DNA of 64,000 nt from an uncultured Verrucomicrobiae bacterium (GCA_963801815.1 CAWDGJ010000002.1:842989-906988), one strand, 5' to 3'; positions 41,864 to 52,424 are shown, numbered from the stretch's first letter. Translations and numbers: made by a program. Notes: a model not told the origin generated them from the sequence alone.

Positions 41864-43076
41864 TTAATGGCTCTCAGGTTTGCGTTCGTCGTTTGTGCCC
41901 GGCTTCTCTCCGGAGTTGCCGGCAAGGGTTTTCTCGGCCGGAGGTGTCCACGGTTTCGCCACCACCGGCGCGCCGGCTTTGATTTTTTGGAGCCCTTCGA
42001 CTACGACTTTCTCGCCCGACTTCAATCCCGAGGCGATCACCCAATCGGTGCCGGTGCGTGCGCCGACTTTCACCGGGCGGATCTCTGCTTTCCCATCCGC
42101 GCCGATAATGCCGAGTTGATAAGCACCTTGAACTTCGGAAACCGAACGTTGCGGCACGACGACGGCATCCTTCAAAACCTGGGCCACGATCCGGGCGCGG
42201 GCGTAGAATCCGGGGCGCAGAACACTACCGGGGTTCTTGACCAGAGCCGTGACCAAAATTGTTCCGGTAGAGGCCTGGACTTGCCGGTCCACTGATAGCA
42301 GCTTTGCCTTTTGAGAAAAAGTCGATCCATCCGCGAGAATTAGGTCGATGTTCTCGGCTCGCTGATCGATTGGTTTGTTCAGCGTCTCCTGTACGCGTTG
42401 ATTTGCCGCCAAATAGTCCGCTTCGCTGACCGGAAACTGAATTTTCGCCGGATCCAGCGTTGAAATGCGTGGTCAGCACGACGTTGCTGCCAGTGCCGAC
42501 AAGATCGCCTACCTGTGCCTTTGCGAGGCCTACAATTCCGTCAACTGGCGCAATCACCTTGCAAAAGTTCAAGTTCAGCTGGGCGTCGTCCACGGCTGCT
42601 TGCAAGGCGTCAACTTTGGCGATGTTCGCTTCAGCAAGCTGCGTTTTGTTGGTGTGCTCCTGTTCGGAGATCACCTTTTGACTGAAAAGCTTGTCGCTTC
42701 GTTCCCTTTCAGCGATGGCGGCAAGTTTGACAGCTTTGCCTTGCTCCAGCTGGCTTTTTGCCTGAGCCAGCGCGGCTTCGGAAGGCCGTGGGTCGATTTC
42801 GAAAAGAAGGGTGTCTTTCTTAACCAGCGAGCCTTCACTGTAATCGCGCTTGATCAGGTAACCGGTTACCCGTGCGCGAATCTCGGCGTTCTCCGAACCG
42901 TCGATGGTTCCGATCCATTCGCGATAAACCGGAACGTCGCGGGTGGCTGCCGGTATCACCAAAACTTCCGGCGGAGCGGCAACCACCGTTTCCTGCTTAC
43001 TGCAGCCACCGAGGCTGACAAAAGCCAAGCCCGCGGTAAGCGCGCAGCCAGCGGCAAAAGAACGTCGCGAAGTCAT
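41864..43076 (-). pseudogene. RND membrane fusion protein (lipoprotein), one frameshift near 42465
   Basis: LGGC lipobox, EIRARVTGYL, APVDG, LRPG, VVVEGLQK across two ORFs. Confidence 0.85.
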
Positions 43077-43510
43077 AGATTCGCCGGCTGCGACAAACGA
43101 AATTCGAGTTTTGTTCCGGGCGCGAAAGTATCTTCACCAAAGCTGAAGCTTCCTCGTTTTGCTCGAGTGGTGTGCGCGGGCTGAGGTTGTAAGGGATTTG
43201 TTTTGATAGACACCATCTTTCCGTTAACAGACACGCCGGTCAGAACCAGCGTGAGTGGCGAAGAGCTGGTAGTCGAGCGCGAACCACGCGATGCTTGAAT
43301 AAGTCCGATGACAGGCGTTCCCGCGGGAAGGCCGCCGACACTTTTATCGAGTGTGCCGGTGAATTGGTTGCCCGGTTTGGCATGGGTAGAAATCGGCGCA
43401 TTGGTCCGGACAACGAGCGTTGTCCCGGCGGGAACCGTGGCCGCAGACATAGAGTACTGCGTCGCTAGTACGCCGCAGACGAGAATTAGGACAAATATAT
43501 TTTTATTCAT
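43073..43510 (-). CDS. Exported hypothetical protein
   Basis: Signal peptide MNKNIFVL; VPAGTTLVVR and APGTKLEFRL beta motifs. Confidence 0.7.
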   Translation of the reverse strand: MNKNIFVLILVCGVLATQYSMSAATVPAGTTLVVRTNAPISTHAKPGNQFTGTLDKSVGGLPAGTPVIGLIQASRGSRSTTSSSPLTLVLTGVSVNGKMVSIKTNPLQPQPAHTTRAKRGSFSFGEDTFAPGTKLEFRLSQPANL

Positions 43511-43569
43511 GGCGATGGTAGGAGTTGAGGTTTCCATTTAGTTTGCCGCCATGCGACTCGGCCCCGGTA

Positions 43570-43585
43570 TTGGACTTTAGGCCTA
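43570..43585. promoter_or_regulatory. Palindromic box TTGGAC-TTTA-GGCCTA
   Basis: Consensus match; minus-strand CAAACT 24 nt downstream. Confidence 0.7.
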
Positions 43586-43697
43586 CTCCATTGCGAGCTC
43601 GGTGGGTGACAGATTTCGCTCCGACCCGTCGGCTAAGACGGTACGAAACCACGCTTGGAATCGCGCTTTGCGTGACGACTCTCTGGCACGCCGCTCG

Positions 43698-44606
43698 CTA
43701 CTTCTTCATTAGCTTTCTCTTCGCGGCCGCAAGCTCCTTCAGTTTGCTTTCGCCAACTTCCGGGTATTTCAACTTGAGATCGGCAAGGGTTTCAATGACC
43801 GCCGCGGCGACGACCACGCGAGTAAACCACTTGTTGTCCGCCGGGACGACGTACCATGGCGCTTCCTTCGTCGCAGTCTCCCGGATCATGTCTTCGTACG
43901 CTTCCATGTAATCGTCCCAGTAATCGCGTTCGGCAGCGTCGTTGGCGGAGAACTTCCAGTTCTTGACCGGGTTATCGATTCGTTCGAGGAACCTCCGCTT
44001 CTGTTCTTTCTTTGAAACGTGGAGAAAGAACTTCCGGACAATGACGCCGTTGCGGGCGAGGTATTGCTCGAAATTGCGAATATCCTCGAAACGGTGCTCC
44101 CAAATTTTCTTTCCCATCAATTGCGGCGGCATTTTTTGTTTTGCGAGAAATTCCGGATGCACTCGGACGACGAGGACTTCTTCGTAGTAGCTGCGATTGA
44201 AGATTCCGATGTTTCCGCGGTTCGGCAGACACTTCATGCAACGCCAGAGAAAATCGTGGTCGAGGTCCTCCGAGCTTGGCGATTTGAACGAAAAAACCTG
44301 ACATCCCTGGGGATTCACGCCGGACATCACGTGCTTGATCGCGCCGTCTTTCCCAGCGGCATCCATCGCCTGGAAGATCAGCAACACACCCCACCTGTCC
44401 TGGGCATAGAGTTTGTCTTGAAATTCGGCCAGCGCTTCCACCCCCATCGCGAGTGCTTCCTTGGCGCGGGGCTTGTCTTCGCTGGTCAATTTCAACGTAT
44501 CATCAGGATCGACATCCTTCAGTCGAAAATCTTTTCCTTTGGTGACACGAAACGGATCGGTCACCTCATGTACTCTCTTAATAATTTCTTTGGTTTTCAT
44601 AGGCAT
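43698..44606 (-). CDS. ppk2: Polyphosphate kinase 2 family protein
   Basis: FQAMDAAGKDG Walker A, HDFLWR, FNRSYYEEVL, WYVVPADNKW. Confidence 0.93.
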   Translation of the reverse strand: MPMKTKEIIKRVHEVTDPFRVTKGKDFRLKDVDPDDTLKLTSEDKPRAKEALAMGVEALAEFQDKLYAQDRWGVLLIFQAMDAAGKDGAIKHVMSGVNPQGCQVFSFKSPSSEDLDHDFLWRCMKCLPNRGNIGIFNRSYYEEVLVVRVHPEFLAKQKMPPQLMGKKIWEHRFEDIRNFEQYLARNGVIVRKFFLHVSKKEQKRRFLERIDNPVKNWKFSANDAAERDYWDDYMEAYEDMIRETATKEAPWYVVPADNKWFTRVVVAAAVIETLADLKLKYPEVGESKLKELAAAKRKLMKK

Positions 44607-44651
44607 TTAGGTCTGCGTCTAGTGTGTTTAGTTTTGCTGCATAAATTAATC

Positions 44652-45305
44652 TCAAAATTTGACGGTCACCGCGAAAATGAACGTTGCCTCACGCGTTCCG
44701 GGGCTCAGCCAATAGGTGGTAAGATCGACTTTCTTGTATCTGAACCCGACCAGCGGTCCACGCCGAATGTCCAAGCTACTGCCTAACGCCTTGGTCCGAT
44801 CCACCACGAGACCAACCTTGCACCAACTCGCGGGTGCGTAGCTCAGTTCGGACCAGCTGTAGAAAAAATCTCCCGCATGAATTGCGGAATCGAAAAAGTA
44901 TTCGCCTTGGGTAAAAAATTCAATCGGCTCGTAGTTAATCGAAATTGCATAGCCCGGCGCAATTCCGGTGATATCGCCGAACACGCCGCCGACCATCGGT
45001 GTGGCGTCAAGCGTCAGCTTTTTTCCGAAACTGAAGTTGTAGCCGAGCCAGAGCGAGCCGGTCTTGAGCGCTTCATAATTATAGCGGGCTTCCAGATGCA
45101 ACCAGTCGTGGTCGGCCGTGAAATTCGGATTGGCATAATCGCGCGAATGCTGCGCGAGATAGGTGGAAATAGATAACGAGCAGTCCCATCCGGTTTCCGC
45201 AGTTTCGTCGGCGGCTTCCAGCGGAGCAATTGTCGCAGCTCCACCAAACGACTCAGAAGCAGCCAGTCCGAGGACAATCGCGAGAGCGGCACACGCGCGC
45301 GTCAT
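44652..45305 (-). CDS. Exported hypothetical protein, probable beta-barrel
   Basis: Signal peptide, alternating aromatic strands, terminal Phe. Confidence 0.65.
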   Translation of the reverse strand: MTRACAALAIVLGLAASESFGGAATIAPLEAADETAETGWDCSLSISTYLAQHSRDYANPNFTADHDWLHLEARYNYEALKTGSLWLGYNFSFGKKLTLDATPMVGGVFGDITGIAPGYAISINYEPIEFFTQGEYFFDSAIHAGDFFYSWSELSYAPASWCKVGLVVDRTKALGSSLDIRRGPLVGFRYKKVDLTTYWLSPGTREATFIFAVTVKF

Positions 45306-45306
45306 T

Positions 45307-45966
45307 TCAGCCTCCTAGCAAAATGGCAATGCCGACGAGGATGAGGCCAATCGTCACCATGGCTGATCCCGCGGCGAGTCGGTTAAAGCCGGCGTATTGC
45401 GCCCACTTTTGTCCGACGAAAAAGAGCATGACGAGGAGAAGAGAGTTGGAAACGCGAAGAGCGAAACGCGGCTGCGAAAAAATGAAGAATGGAACTGCCG
45501 CTGGCAAACACGATACAAAAACCAGCCAAAAGCAGGCGAGGGCGCCATAAAGATCGTCTTTGGTCAGCGTCTTCGTCGCGATCTTCGCTTGCGCGATGTG
45601 CTTCAGGACCGAACGGCTCAGCGCGTCGGCCTGTTGCGAATCGAGAAGCTCTTGCAGTTCCGGTTCGATTTCCTGCTGGATGAGCGCGAGCGCGGATTGT
45701 TCGTCGGAAGCACTTTGTACCGCCCGGACCAGGCGCACTTTGCCGCTGCGTATGGTGATGCAGTTCATAATGTACATGACCGCGTCGATGAGTCCCCAGG
45801 CGAGATTACAGCCGAAGGCGGCTAGCAGAAGCTGACGCGCTCCGGCCGAACCGTCGGCCACGGTCAGTCCGGCGGTCAGTGTGACGGTCAACACCATAAT
45901 CAAGCCGAACAAAATTTCGCCTAATCGGCTGGCTGGATCGAGGTATTTTGAAACGAACGGTCTCAT
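45307..45966 (-). CDS. VIT1/CCC1-like membrane protein
   Basis: LDPASRLGEILFGLIM, CNLAWGLIDAVMY, PAAVPF, terminal ILLGG. Confidence 0.7.
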   Translation of the reverse strand: MRPFVSKYLDPASRLGEILFGLIMVLTVTLTAGLTVADGSAGARQLLLAAFGCNLAWGLIDAVMYIMNCITIRSGKVRLVRAVQSASDEQSALALIQQEIEPELQELLDSQQADALSRSVLKHIAQAKIATKTLTKDDLYGALACFWLVFVSCLPAAVPFFIFSQPRFALRVSNSLLLVMLFFVGQKWAQYAGFNRLAAGSAMVTIGLILVGIAILLGG

Positions 45967-46254
45967 TCCTCTCTTCGTTCGGTATGAGCCGTTACGTGCA
46001 TCGGCTAGATCATGCCGGAGACATGTGGATTTCGTGACGTGTTGAAACGTGTGGTCGAGAAAGAACTGGCGATCTGGGTGACAGTCGCGATTGCGATGAG
46101 AGACGCAATCACAACGCCGACGAGGACAATTTCCAGCAAGGTAAAAATCGCGGTTGTGACGCGGTTATGACCTTGGCCTAACCGACGGGGATTTCCGGCA
46201 CCGCGACCGCAGATTGTCATCGCGTCCCGATTAAATGCCCGCATGCGAGTTACC

Positions 46255-47259
46255 TCAGTCCGCCGCGAAGTAACTGGAATCAGCAACCGGTTTCCGCACT
46301 ACCGGATTGTCGGTTACGATGACTGTTGTACCCGGTTTGATTTCGTCAGTCAGTTTCTGGGCAAATTCGGTATTGAAACGAAGTCGTGACGCCAGGCTCT
46401 CGGCGTCGATACCGCGACCCTCGCTACTCACACGCATCCATTTTCCAGCTTCACGTCCTGGCGCCAGTTGGCTCTCCTTGCCCGTCGTTCCTTCGAGACG
46501 CGTGAAGATGTGACTGCCAAGACGGCTGCCAAGACCGCGACCGTTAATCTCGAGAGCCGCGCGCCCGATCGGATTCCCATTGCGATACACGTACATCGTT
46601 CGATCTGCAGAACTCAGAACAATCGTGATCGGACCCTGAGGACTTCGCTCCGGATGCCATTGATATTCGTCGCGCGCGAGATGACGGATCATGTCGGGCG
46701 TGAGGTCCTTGGGTGCAAGCATCAATCCTGGATTCGAGGCAAGATGCGGCGTCGGGGTCTTGCCGTCACCCACGACAACCGTACCGCCACTCTTTGTTAC
46801 GGCGAAGAGCAACTGTGAAAAATCGTACGGCAGTCGAATACAACCGTGACTGGCGGCGTAGCCGGGTAACTGGCCTGAGTGCATCGCGATGCCGGACCAG
46901 GTCAGTCGCTGCATGTTCGGCATTGGCGCGTTGTCGTATTTTTTCGAGTAATGCTCCTGCTTTTTTTCCAGGATAGTGAAGACACCTCCAGGCGTACTAT
47001 TGTTCTTGCCGCTGCTTATGGTGCTTCGCCCGATGAGAATCCCGTTTCGATAAACATGCATTGTTTGTTGCGGGATGCTGACCAGCAAAACGACGGGGCC
47101 GCTCGGAGAAAGTTGCGGATTCCACCAATACTCACCCGGTTTGAGTGGTCCCGTTGGCTTACCCGTGGGACTTCCCTTGGTGTGAAACGAAGGCCTCTCC
47201 ATGGCGTAAGCGCTGAATAGCAAGGCGACAGAAACAACAACAAAGGAGACGAATTTCAT
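46255..47259 (-). CDS. L,D-transpeptidase family protein
   Basis: TPGGVFTILEK, APMPNMQRL, IAMHSG...ASHGCIRLP. Confidence 0.9.
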   Translation of the reverse strand: MKFVSFVVVSVALLFSAYAMERPSFHTKGSPTGKPTGPLKPGEYWWNPQLSPSGPVVLLVSIPQQTMHVYRNGILIGRSTISSGKNNSTPGGVFTILEKKQEHYSKKYDNAPMPNMQRLTWSGIAMHSGQLPGYAASHGCIRLPYDFSQLLFAVTKSGGTVVVGDGKTPTPHLASNPGLMLAPKDLTPDMIRHLARDEYQWHPERSPQGPITIVLSSADRTMYVYRNGNPIGRAALEINGRGLGSRLGSHIFTRLEGTTGKESQLAPGREAGKWMRVSSEGRGIDAESLASRLRFNTEFAQKLTDEIKPGTTVIVTDNPVVRKPVADSSYFAAD

Positions 47260-47301
47260 GGCGTAGATGGCAAGCTTGCCTGCTGGATAGCGGCCCGAGT
47301 A

Positions 47302-47317
47302 TTGGACCTTAGGCTTA
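47302..47317. promoter_or_regulatory. Palindromic box TTGGAC-CTTA-GGCTTA
   Basis: About 43 bp upstream of the L,D-transpeptidase; CAAGCT 23 nt downstream. Confidence 0.7.
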
Positions 47318-47373
47318 CACTATGGCAGGCGCTTGCCGGCCCTGAGGACCCGACCTGCGCTTAGCCTAACGAA

Positions 47374-47826
47374 TTAATTCGCCGCGACTGCCGACTCGAT
47401 ACCAGCGAGAAACGCGGCGTCATCTACCGGCTTCAGAAAGAAAGAGGACGCCCCCGTGTCCATTGCCCTGGAACGGACTGAAGGATCGTCCTTGCTGGTT
47501 AAGACAACCACTCGACTCGACGGCGAAAGCTGGCGCAGCCGTGATTGTACTTCGAGGCCGTTCATGATCGGCATCAGGATGTCGAGCACCACGACTTTCG
47601 GATGGTTGACTTCAGCGTAACGCAAGAATTCACGTGGATCGCTGAAGGCTTCCACTTTCCATCCAGCCGAGGAAAGCAATCGGCCCGTTGCTTTCAAGAC
47701 GGACGGATCGTCGTCGACCAGACAAACCGTGATCCCGTGCGTCTTAGGCGCTGAGTTCAAGTCCGACCTCCCGTTTTGCGGAAAGGAACCGTTTTGGAAA
47801 TAGGCGCTGTGCTGATGTTCCGACAT
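47374..47826 (-). CDS. Single-domain response regulator receiver
   Basis: LVDDDPSV, VLDILMP, LTS, LKPV. Confidence 0.88.
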   Translation of the reverse strand: MSEHQHSAYFQNGSFPQNGRSDLNSAPKTHGITVCLVDDDPSVLKATGRLLSSAGWKVEAFSDPREFLRYAEVNHPKVVVLDILMPIMNGLEVQSRLRQLSPSSRVVVLTSKDDPSVRSRAMDTGASSFFLKPVDDAAFLAGIESAVAAN

Positions 47827-48148
47827 ATTGCTTGATCAAATTAATCAGTTCATTCTCCGAGAGCAGGTCGCGCGCCGGATTGTGATGTGGCTTGAGCGCG
47901 ATAATCGTCCAAGTGGCGGGCGAGATTTCTCGGAGCCGGGCCTTGATTCCCAAACCACGCGCGCGCGGTCCGCCAAAATCCAGAACGGCAACGTCCGGAG
48001 AATGAGTTTGCGCATACTGCAGAAACGCATCTGGATCATTAAATGGTCGGGTCTGCCAGCCTGCGGACGATAAAACACGCTTCTTGGCCTTGAGTTGCGA
48101 CGGATCATCATCGAGCACGCAAATCAAGATGGAATCAACGTCTCGCAT
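47744..48148 (-). CDS. Atypical/degenerate receiver domain protein
   Basis: VLDDDPS and VAVLD retained; C-terminal half divergent. Confidence 0.7.
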   Translation of the reverse strand: MRDVDSILICVLDDDPSQLKAKKRVLSSAGWQTRPFNDPDAFLQYAQTHSPDVAVLDFGGPRARGLGIKARLREISPATWTIIALKPHHNPARDLLSENELINLIKQYVGTSAQRLFPKRFLSAKREVGLELSA

Positions 48149-48186
48149 ACTTAATCAGGCTAGTCAGTCACCAGCACTTCGCGGTA

Positions 48187-48202
48187 TGGGACCTTCGTCC
48201 TA
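48187..48202. promoter_or_regulatory. Palindromic box TGGGAC-CTTC-GTCCTA
   Basis: Minus-strand TAGCCT (48157-48162) 24 nt downstream, 8 nt before the ATG. Confidence 0.75.
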
Positions 48203-48249
48203 TGACTCGGGCGATTAGCATTAACGATCAGTGGCCCCGGTCTCCGACT

Positions 48250-48699
48250 CTACTTGTCGATATTCTCTTTAGAAGCGTCCAACGCTGAGTGCACTGTGTT
48301 TAGAAACTTCTCCTCGTCGAAAGGCTTGAGAAAAAAAGCGAACACGCCGGCTTGCGTCACCGTGGCTTCGGCGCCTGCGTCTTCGCGGCCGGTAATAAAG
48401 ATCAAACGGGTGCGCGGCGACTTCGCGCAGAGATGCGCGAGTAGTTCCATCCCGGTCATGTGCTCCATCCAGATGTCCAGTATCGCGACCGAAACCGGGT
48501 TCTTTGCGACATAGTCGAGAAAGATTTCTGGTTCGGCAAAGGTCCGCACTTCAAAGCCGGCCAACTCCAGCAAGCGACCCACCGACTTTCTGACGGACGG
48601 ATCGTCATCGACAAGACAAACGACTTCCGGTTTCAAAAACCGTTGTTTGCTCAGAGACGACTCAGGTTCAACCGGATGACTCGTTTGCACAGAGTGCAA
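48250..48699 (-). CDS. Single-domain response regulator receiver
   Basis: LVDDDPSV, ILDIWM, ITG, LKPF; start uncertain. Confidence 0.88.
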   Translation of the reverse strand: MHSVQTSHPVEPESSLSKQRFLKPEVVCLVDDDPSVRKSVGRLLELAGFEVRTFAEPEIFLDYVAKNPVSVAILDIWMEHMTGMELLAHLCAKSPRTRLIFITGREDAGAEATVTQAGVFAFFLKPFDEEKFLNTVHSALDASKENIDK

Positions 48700-48727
48700 C
48701 TAACTCAGAGTGAGCGGGAATTAGAAA

Positions 48728-48743
48728 TTAGACCTTGGTCTTA
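48728..48743. promoter_or_regulatory. Palindromic box TTAGAC-CTTG-GTCTTA inside the 3' end of the FixJ-type gene
   Basis: Reads (CA)T AAG ACC AAG GTC TAA = KTKV* on the minus strand. Confidence 0.7.
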
Positions 48744-49369
48744 TGGAGCGAACGGGACCCAACCCCGGCCTTTTGCGCGAGGCGAATCAGCTCTGCCACC
48801 GAGGTGACGCCAAGTTTTTGCATCACGCGACCGCGATGAACCTTGACGGTTTTCTCAGCCATGCCGAGTTCGGCACCGATTTGTTTGTTCAACATGCCGG
48901 TCGTCACCAGCTGCATCACTTCAAATTCGCGCGGCGTCAGTGAATCAAGAAGCCGGCGCGATTCGTTTTTCTCCGCGGCTCGCTGGCGCTGCTTAACGGA
49001 TCGACTCAGCGCCTGCTCAACGCACTTCAAGAGCTGGCTCGGCTTGAATGGCTTTGGAAGAAAATCAACGGCGCCGGCTTTCATCGCGCGCGCGCACATC
49101 GGAATGTTCCCGTGCCCGGTGATGAAAACGAGTTGCTCCTCCCGATTGCGCTGAATCAGAGCTTCCTGAAAGTCGATTCCATTTAAACCCGGCATTTGAA
49201 CATCGACGATCACGCAAGAGGGACCCTGATAAGACGGTCGCGCCAGAAAATCAGAAGCTGATGCGAACACCTCGGCGTCGTAGTCGGCGGAGCTTAACAG
49301 GCGTTTGAGGCTTTTCCGGACCGATTCGTCGTCATCGATCACGAACACGAAGGGTTTAGGTGCGCTCAT
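48728..49369 (-). CDS. FixJ/TodT-type response regulator (receiver plus LuxR HTH)
   Basis: VIDDDESVR, IVDVQMP, ITGHG, AMKAGAVDFL-KP, LTPREFEV, NKQI, EKTVKVHRGRVMQK. Confidence 0.93.
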   Translation of the reverse strand: MSAPKPFVFVIDDDESVRKSLKRLLSSADYDAEVFASASDFLARPSYQGPSCVIVDVQMPGLNGIDFQEALIQRNREEQLVFITGHGNIPMCARAMKAGAVDFLPKPFKPSQLLKCVEQALSRSVKQRQRAAEKNESRRLLDSLTPREFEVMQLVTTGMLNKQIGAELGMAEKTVKVHRGRVMQKLGVTSVAELIRLAQKAGVGSRSLHKTKV

Positions 49370-51589
49370 TTTTCTGCGGTCGGCAGAACGAAGTAAAACC
49401 GTGCCCCGCCTCCATTAATATTTTCAGCCGAAACTTTACCGCCATGAGCTTCAATAATCGAGCGCACAATGGCCAGGCCCATGCCAAGGCCTTCCTCCTT
49501 CGTTGTGAAAAACTGTTCGAACATCCGTTGGCGAGCTTTTTCGGGAATCCCCGCCCCATAATCTCGCACAATCATTCGGACGGTGCCGTCGCCATTCTTC
49601 TCGGTGGCGATCTCTACTTTGCGCTGACTTGGCGGTGTCCCATTCATCGCCTCAAAGGCATTGATGACGAGATTGATGAGGACCTGCTGAATTTCTAACG
49701 GATCACCTTCAATTCCGGGCAAACCTTCTACCAGAGAAAGCGTCAACTCGCATGAATGCAGCCGCGCATCCGGCTCAAGCATATGTGCCACACGCCCGGC
49801 GAGGTCGTTCAAGTTTATGCGTTCTCGCAATCCGCCACCTTTATTAATGGCGTTGCGAATGTGCTGAATAATGTCGCTGGCGCGCCGTCCGTCCGCTGCG
49901 ATGTCAACGAGGATCTCACGAAGCTGTGCAAGGTCGACATTGCCGCGATCGATGAAACGCTGCGCTGCGCTCGCGTTACTGGTGATCCCCGAAAGCGGTT
50001 GATTCAGTTCATGGGCGATAGACGCAGTCGTTTCGCCCAGCAGATTGATTCGGCTGAGGCGACTGATTTGCTCGCGGCTGCGGCGCGCGTCCTGTTCGGC
50101 CTGTTTTCGTGCGGTCACATCCATCGCGACGCCCAGTAAGCGTGACAGGTTGCCGCTCGCATCGCTGACACACCGGCCGCGACCGCTGATCCAGCGGAGG
50201 GCCCTGTCGGGCAGCACGATTCGATACTCAATTTCGTAGCCGCCCTGCGTTTCTATTGCGTGCTTTATCGCCAACTCATGCGCGAGACGATCTTCGGGAT
50301 GAACCCGATCACGAAACGCTGCGTAGGTAACTGGAATCGTTTGATTAAGTTGAAAAAGTTCGACCGCTTTGTCGGACATCCAGAATTCGTTTGTTTTCGT
50401 GTCCAGTTCCCACACGCCCAGGTGCGCAGTGTCGGCCGCGAGTGCGACTCGCTCTTCAAATTCGTGCAAGGCTTGCTCCTTTTTCAACAGATCGGTGATG
50501 TCAACACAGGCGCCAATGTAACCTCGGAAATTTCCATCCACTCCAAAGCGCGGCATACCGCGGTCCGTCAACCACCGGTATTCCCCGTCCTGTCGTCGGA
50601 GCCGATACTGCATCACGAACGGTTCGCGGGCATCGAACGCATCGCTGTAGGTTTGCAAACATTTGCCGAAATCATCGGGGTGCACGCCCTGGGTCCAGCC
50701 GTCTCCGCGCTCCTGTTCTATCGTTCGTCCGCTGAATTCAAGCCACGCTTTGTTGAAGAACGTGCATAGTTTATCCAGGCCCGACATCCAGATCATGACT
50801 GGCGCGGCGTTGGCCATTGTTCGAAAACGTTCCTCGCTCTCAAGCAGAGCAGGCTTCGCTGGCTTGCAGCTTTAAAGCGACTTGTCCGGCGCGAAACAGG
50901 TCGGAGCCGAGTTCAAATGCCATCGCGAACAGAATCGCTGCAAAGGGAAAGCTGACAAAATACGGCTCGTTAATGATCTGGTGCTGAGTTATCGCCGCGA
51001 CACTCGCCGCAACCAGCACGAACAAGCTAGTGCTTCCACCCACGACCAAAGCACGACGGCGACTCTCAGGCGTGCCTTGTCTCCACAAGGCGATCGACGC
51101 ATCGACCAGGAATAGCAACAGGAGCACCGAACTGAATTCGGCCAGATAAATGCGGGAACTAATCACCCCTACCGCCGCCGAAACGTTCTCGCCGAGGAAA
51201 TGTAATTGCCGCAACCCGGTGATTTCCCGGTAACTGAGACTTGGTGTCACTGCGAAGTTGACGATCAGGCAGACAAAGCGCATTGCACATGCCGAGAGTC
51301 CTAGCCAAAGCCGGCCGGTGCCGAGATAAAGGCGAACAAAGCCGACGAGTGCAACTACTAAGAGGAAAATCGGTAGCTGCATCCATCGCAGCGCTTGAAC
51401 AAAGTGCTCGATGGAGTCCGCTCGCATCATCAATAATTCGCCGACCGCGATTCCAATCACCGCGGCTGCGGCCAGGACAAAAAACAGATGTGCTCCGCGC
51501 CGCTGCCAGATTCCAACTAGAAGATGTGGCAAAGCGAGTGCCACACATCCGCCAACCAACATCGCCCACAGGAAAGTGACCCAGCTCAT
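49366..51589 (-). CDS. Membrane-bound PAS-PAS histidine kinase, one frameshift near 50845
   Basis: TM region (50840..51589) and kinase region (49366..50817) join on removing one base: QASEA-ALLESEERFRTMANAAP; IAHELNQPL. Confidence 0.85.
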
Positions 51590-51865
51590 AATTGATTCCA
51601 AAAAATGATAGTTGGGCTGCCGAAGCCTGAATCGCCGCGAATTGCGTTTGTTGCCGCAAATCTTGTGATGGGTTGACCCCGAAAACATCGCCATCGGGTA
51701 GAGTCCGAACAGGCTGCCGCGCCCAACTCAGCAGCTACGTGCGACACGCCTCGCATACAAAGACAGACGTGCGCCCAAGCGTCATCGTTCCGTATCAAGG
51801 AGAGTGAGTTCCCCAAGCTTCCTTTTAACACGCTGCGGGACCTTTGAGAAGTCTATGTTTGGCTG

Positions 51866-52387
51866 CTAGGCTGTCGCCCAATCCAGCCGGGGAGTTTTGG
51901 GAGTTTGATCGCGCTCGATGAAATGCGCTTTCGCACCAAGGACGAGCGCGCCGACCACAATCGGAGCGCAGATCAGGATCTTCATGAATCCCAACGCAAC
52001 CAGCGCGACGATTCCCAATACGATCGAACCTGCCCTCAAAAAACTCGCAAGTCTGAAAGAAAAACGTTTGGTCAGCACCGGAAGGCCTTGTGCAATCCAC
52101 TGCTTCATCCCGCCATCGACAACCGTGGAGTTCACATAGCCGGACGCCCGCAGAATTCCTGCGGCGAGACTGGCTTTCACGCGATCATCGGAAACTACAT
52201 AAACTGGTTCCGCTGTTCGCCGCCATCTTAGAAATCCCTTGGGCTTTACAAGTTCGGCAAATGGAAGCGATCGCGCTCCGGGAATGTGCATCGCCGAAAA
52301 TTCCTTCTTCGAACGAATATCGATCAAATCCAGCGGTTCATGGTTCTCGATCAACAGCTCCAGTGTCGAACAATCCAGCGTTTTCAT
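51866..52387 (-). CDS. Rhodanese-domain membrane protein (YgaP-like layout)
   Basis: LIDIR..EF...HIPGA, DGGMKQWIAQGLPV, C-terminal TM helices; no Cys at the expected active loop (YVVSDD). Confidence 0.8.
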   Translation of the reverse strand: MKTLDCSTLELLIENHEPLDLIDIRSKKEFSAMHIPGARSLPFAELVKPKGFLRWRRTAEPVYVVSDDRVKASLAAGILRASGYVNSTVVDGGMKQWIAQGLPVLTKRFSFRLASFLRAGSIVLGIVALVALGFMKILICAPIVVGALVLGAKAHFIERDQTPKTPRLDWATA

Positions 52388-52424
52388 TCGCAACCTTTTT
52401 ATCCTCAACGTTGTGAAGTGCATA

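Noticed and set aside
46005..46286. Short ORF containing pilin-like FTLLEIVLV
   Set aside because: Lacks the Gly before Phe, has no pilin body and no type IV pilus context
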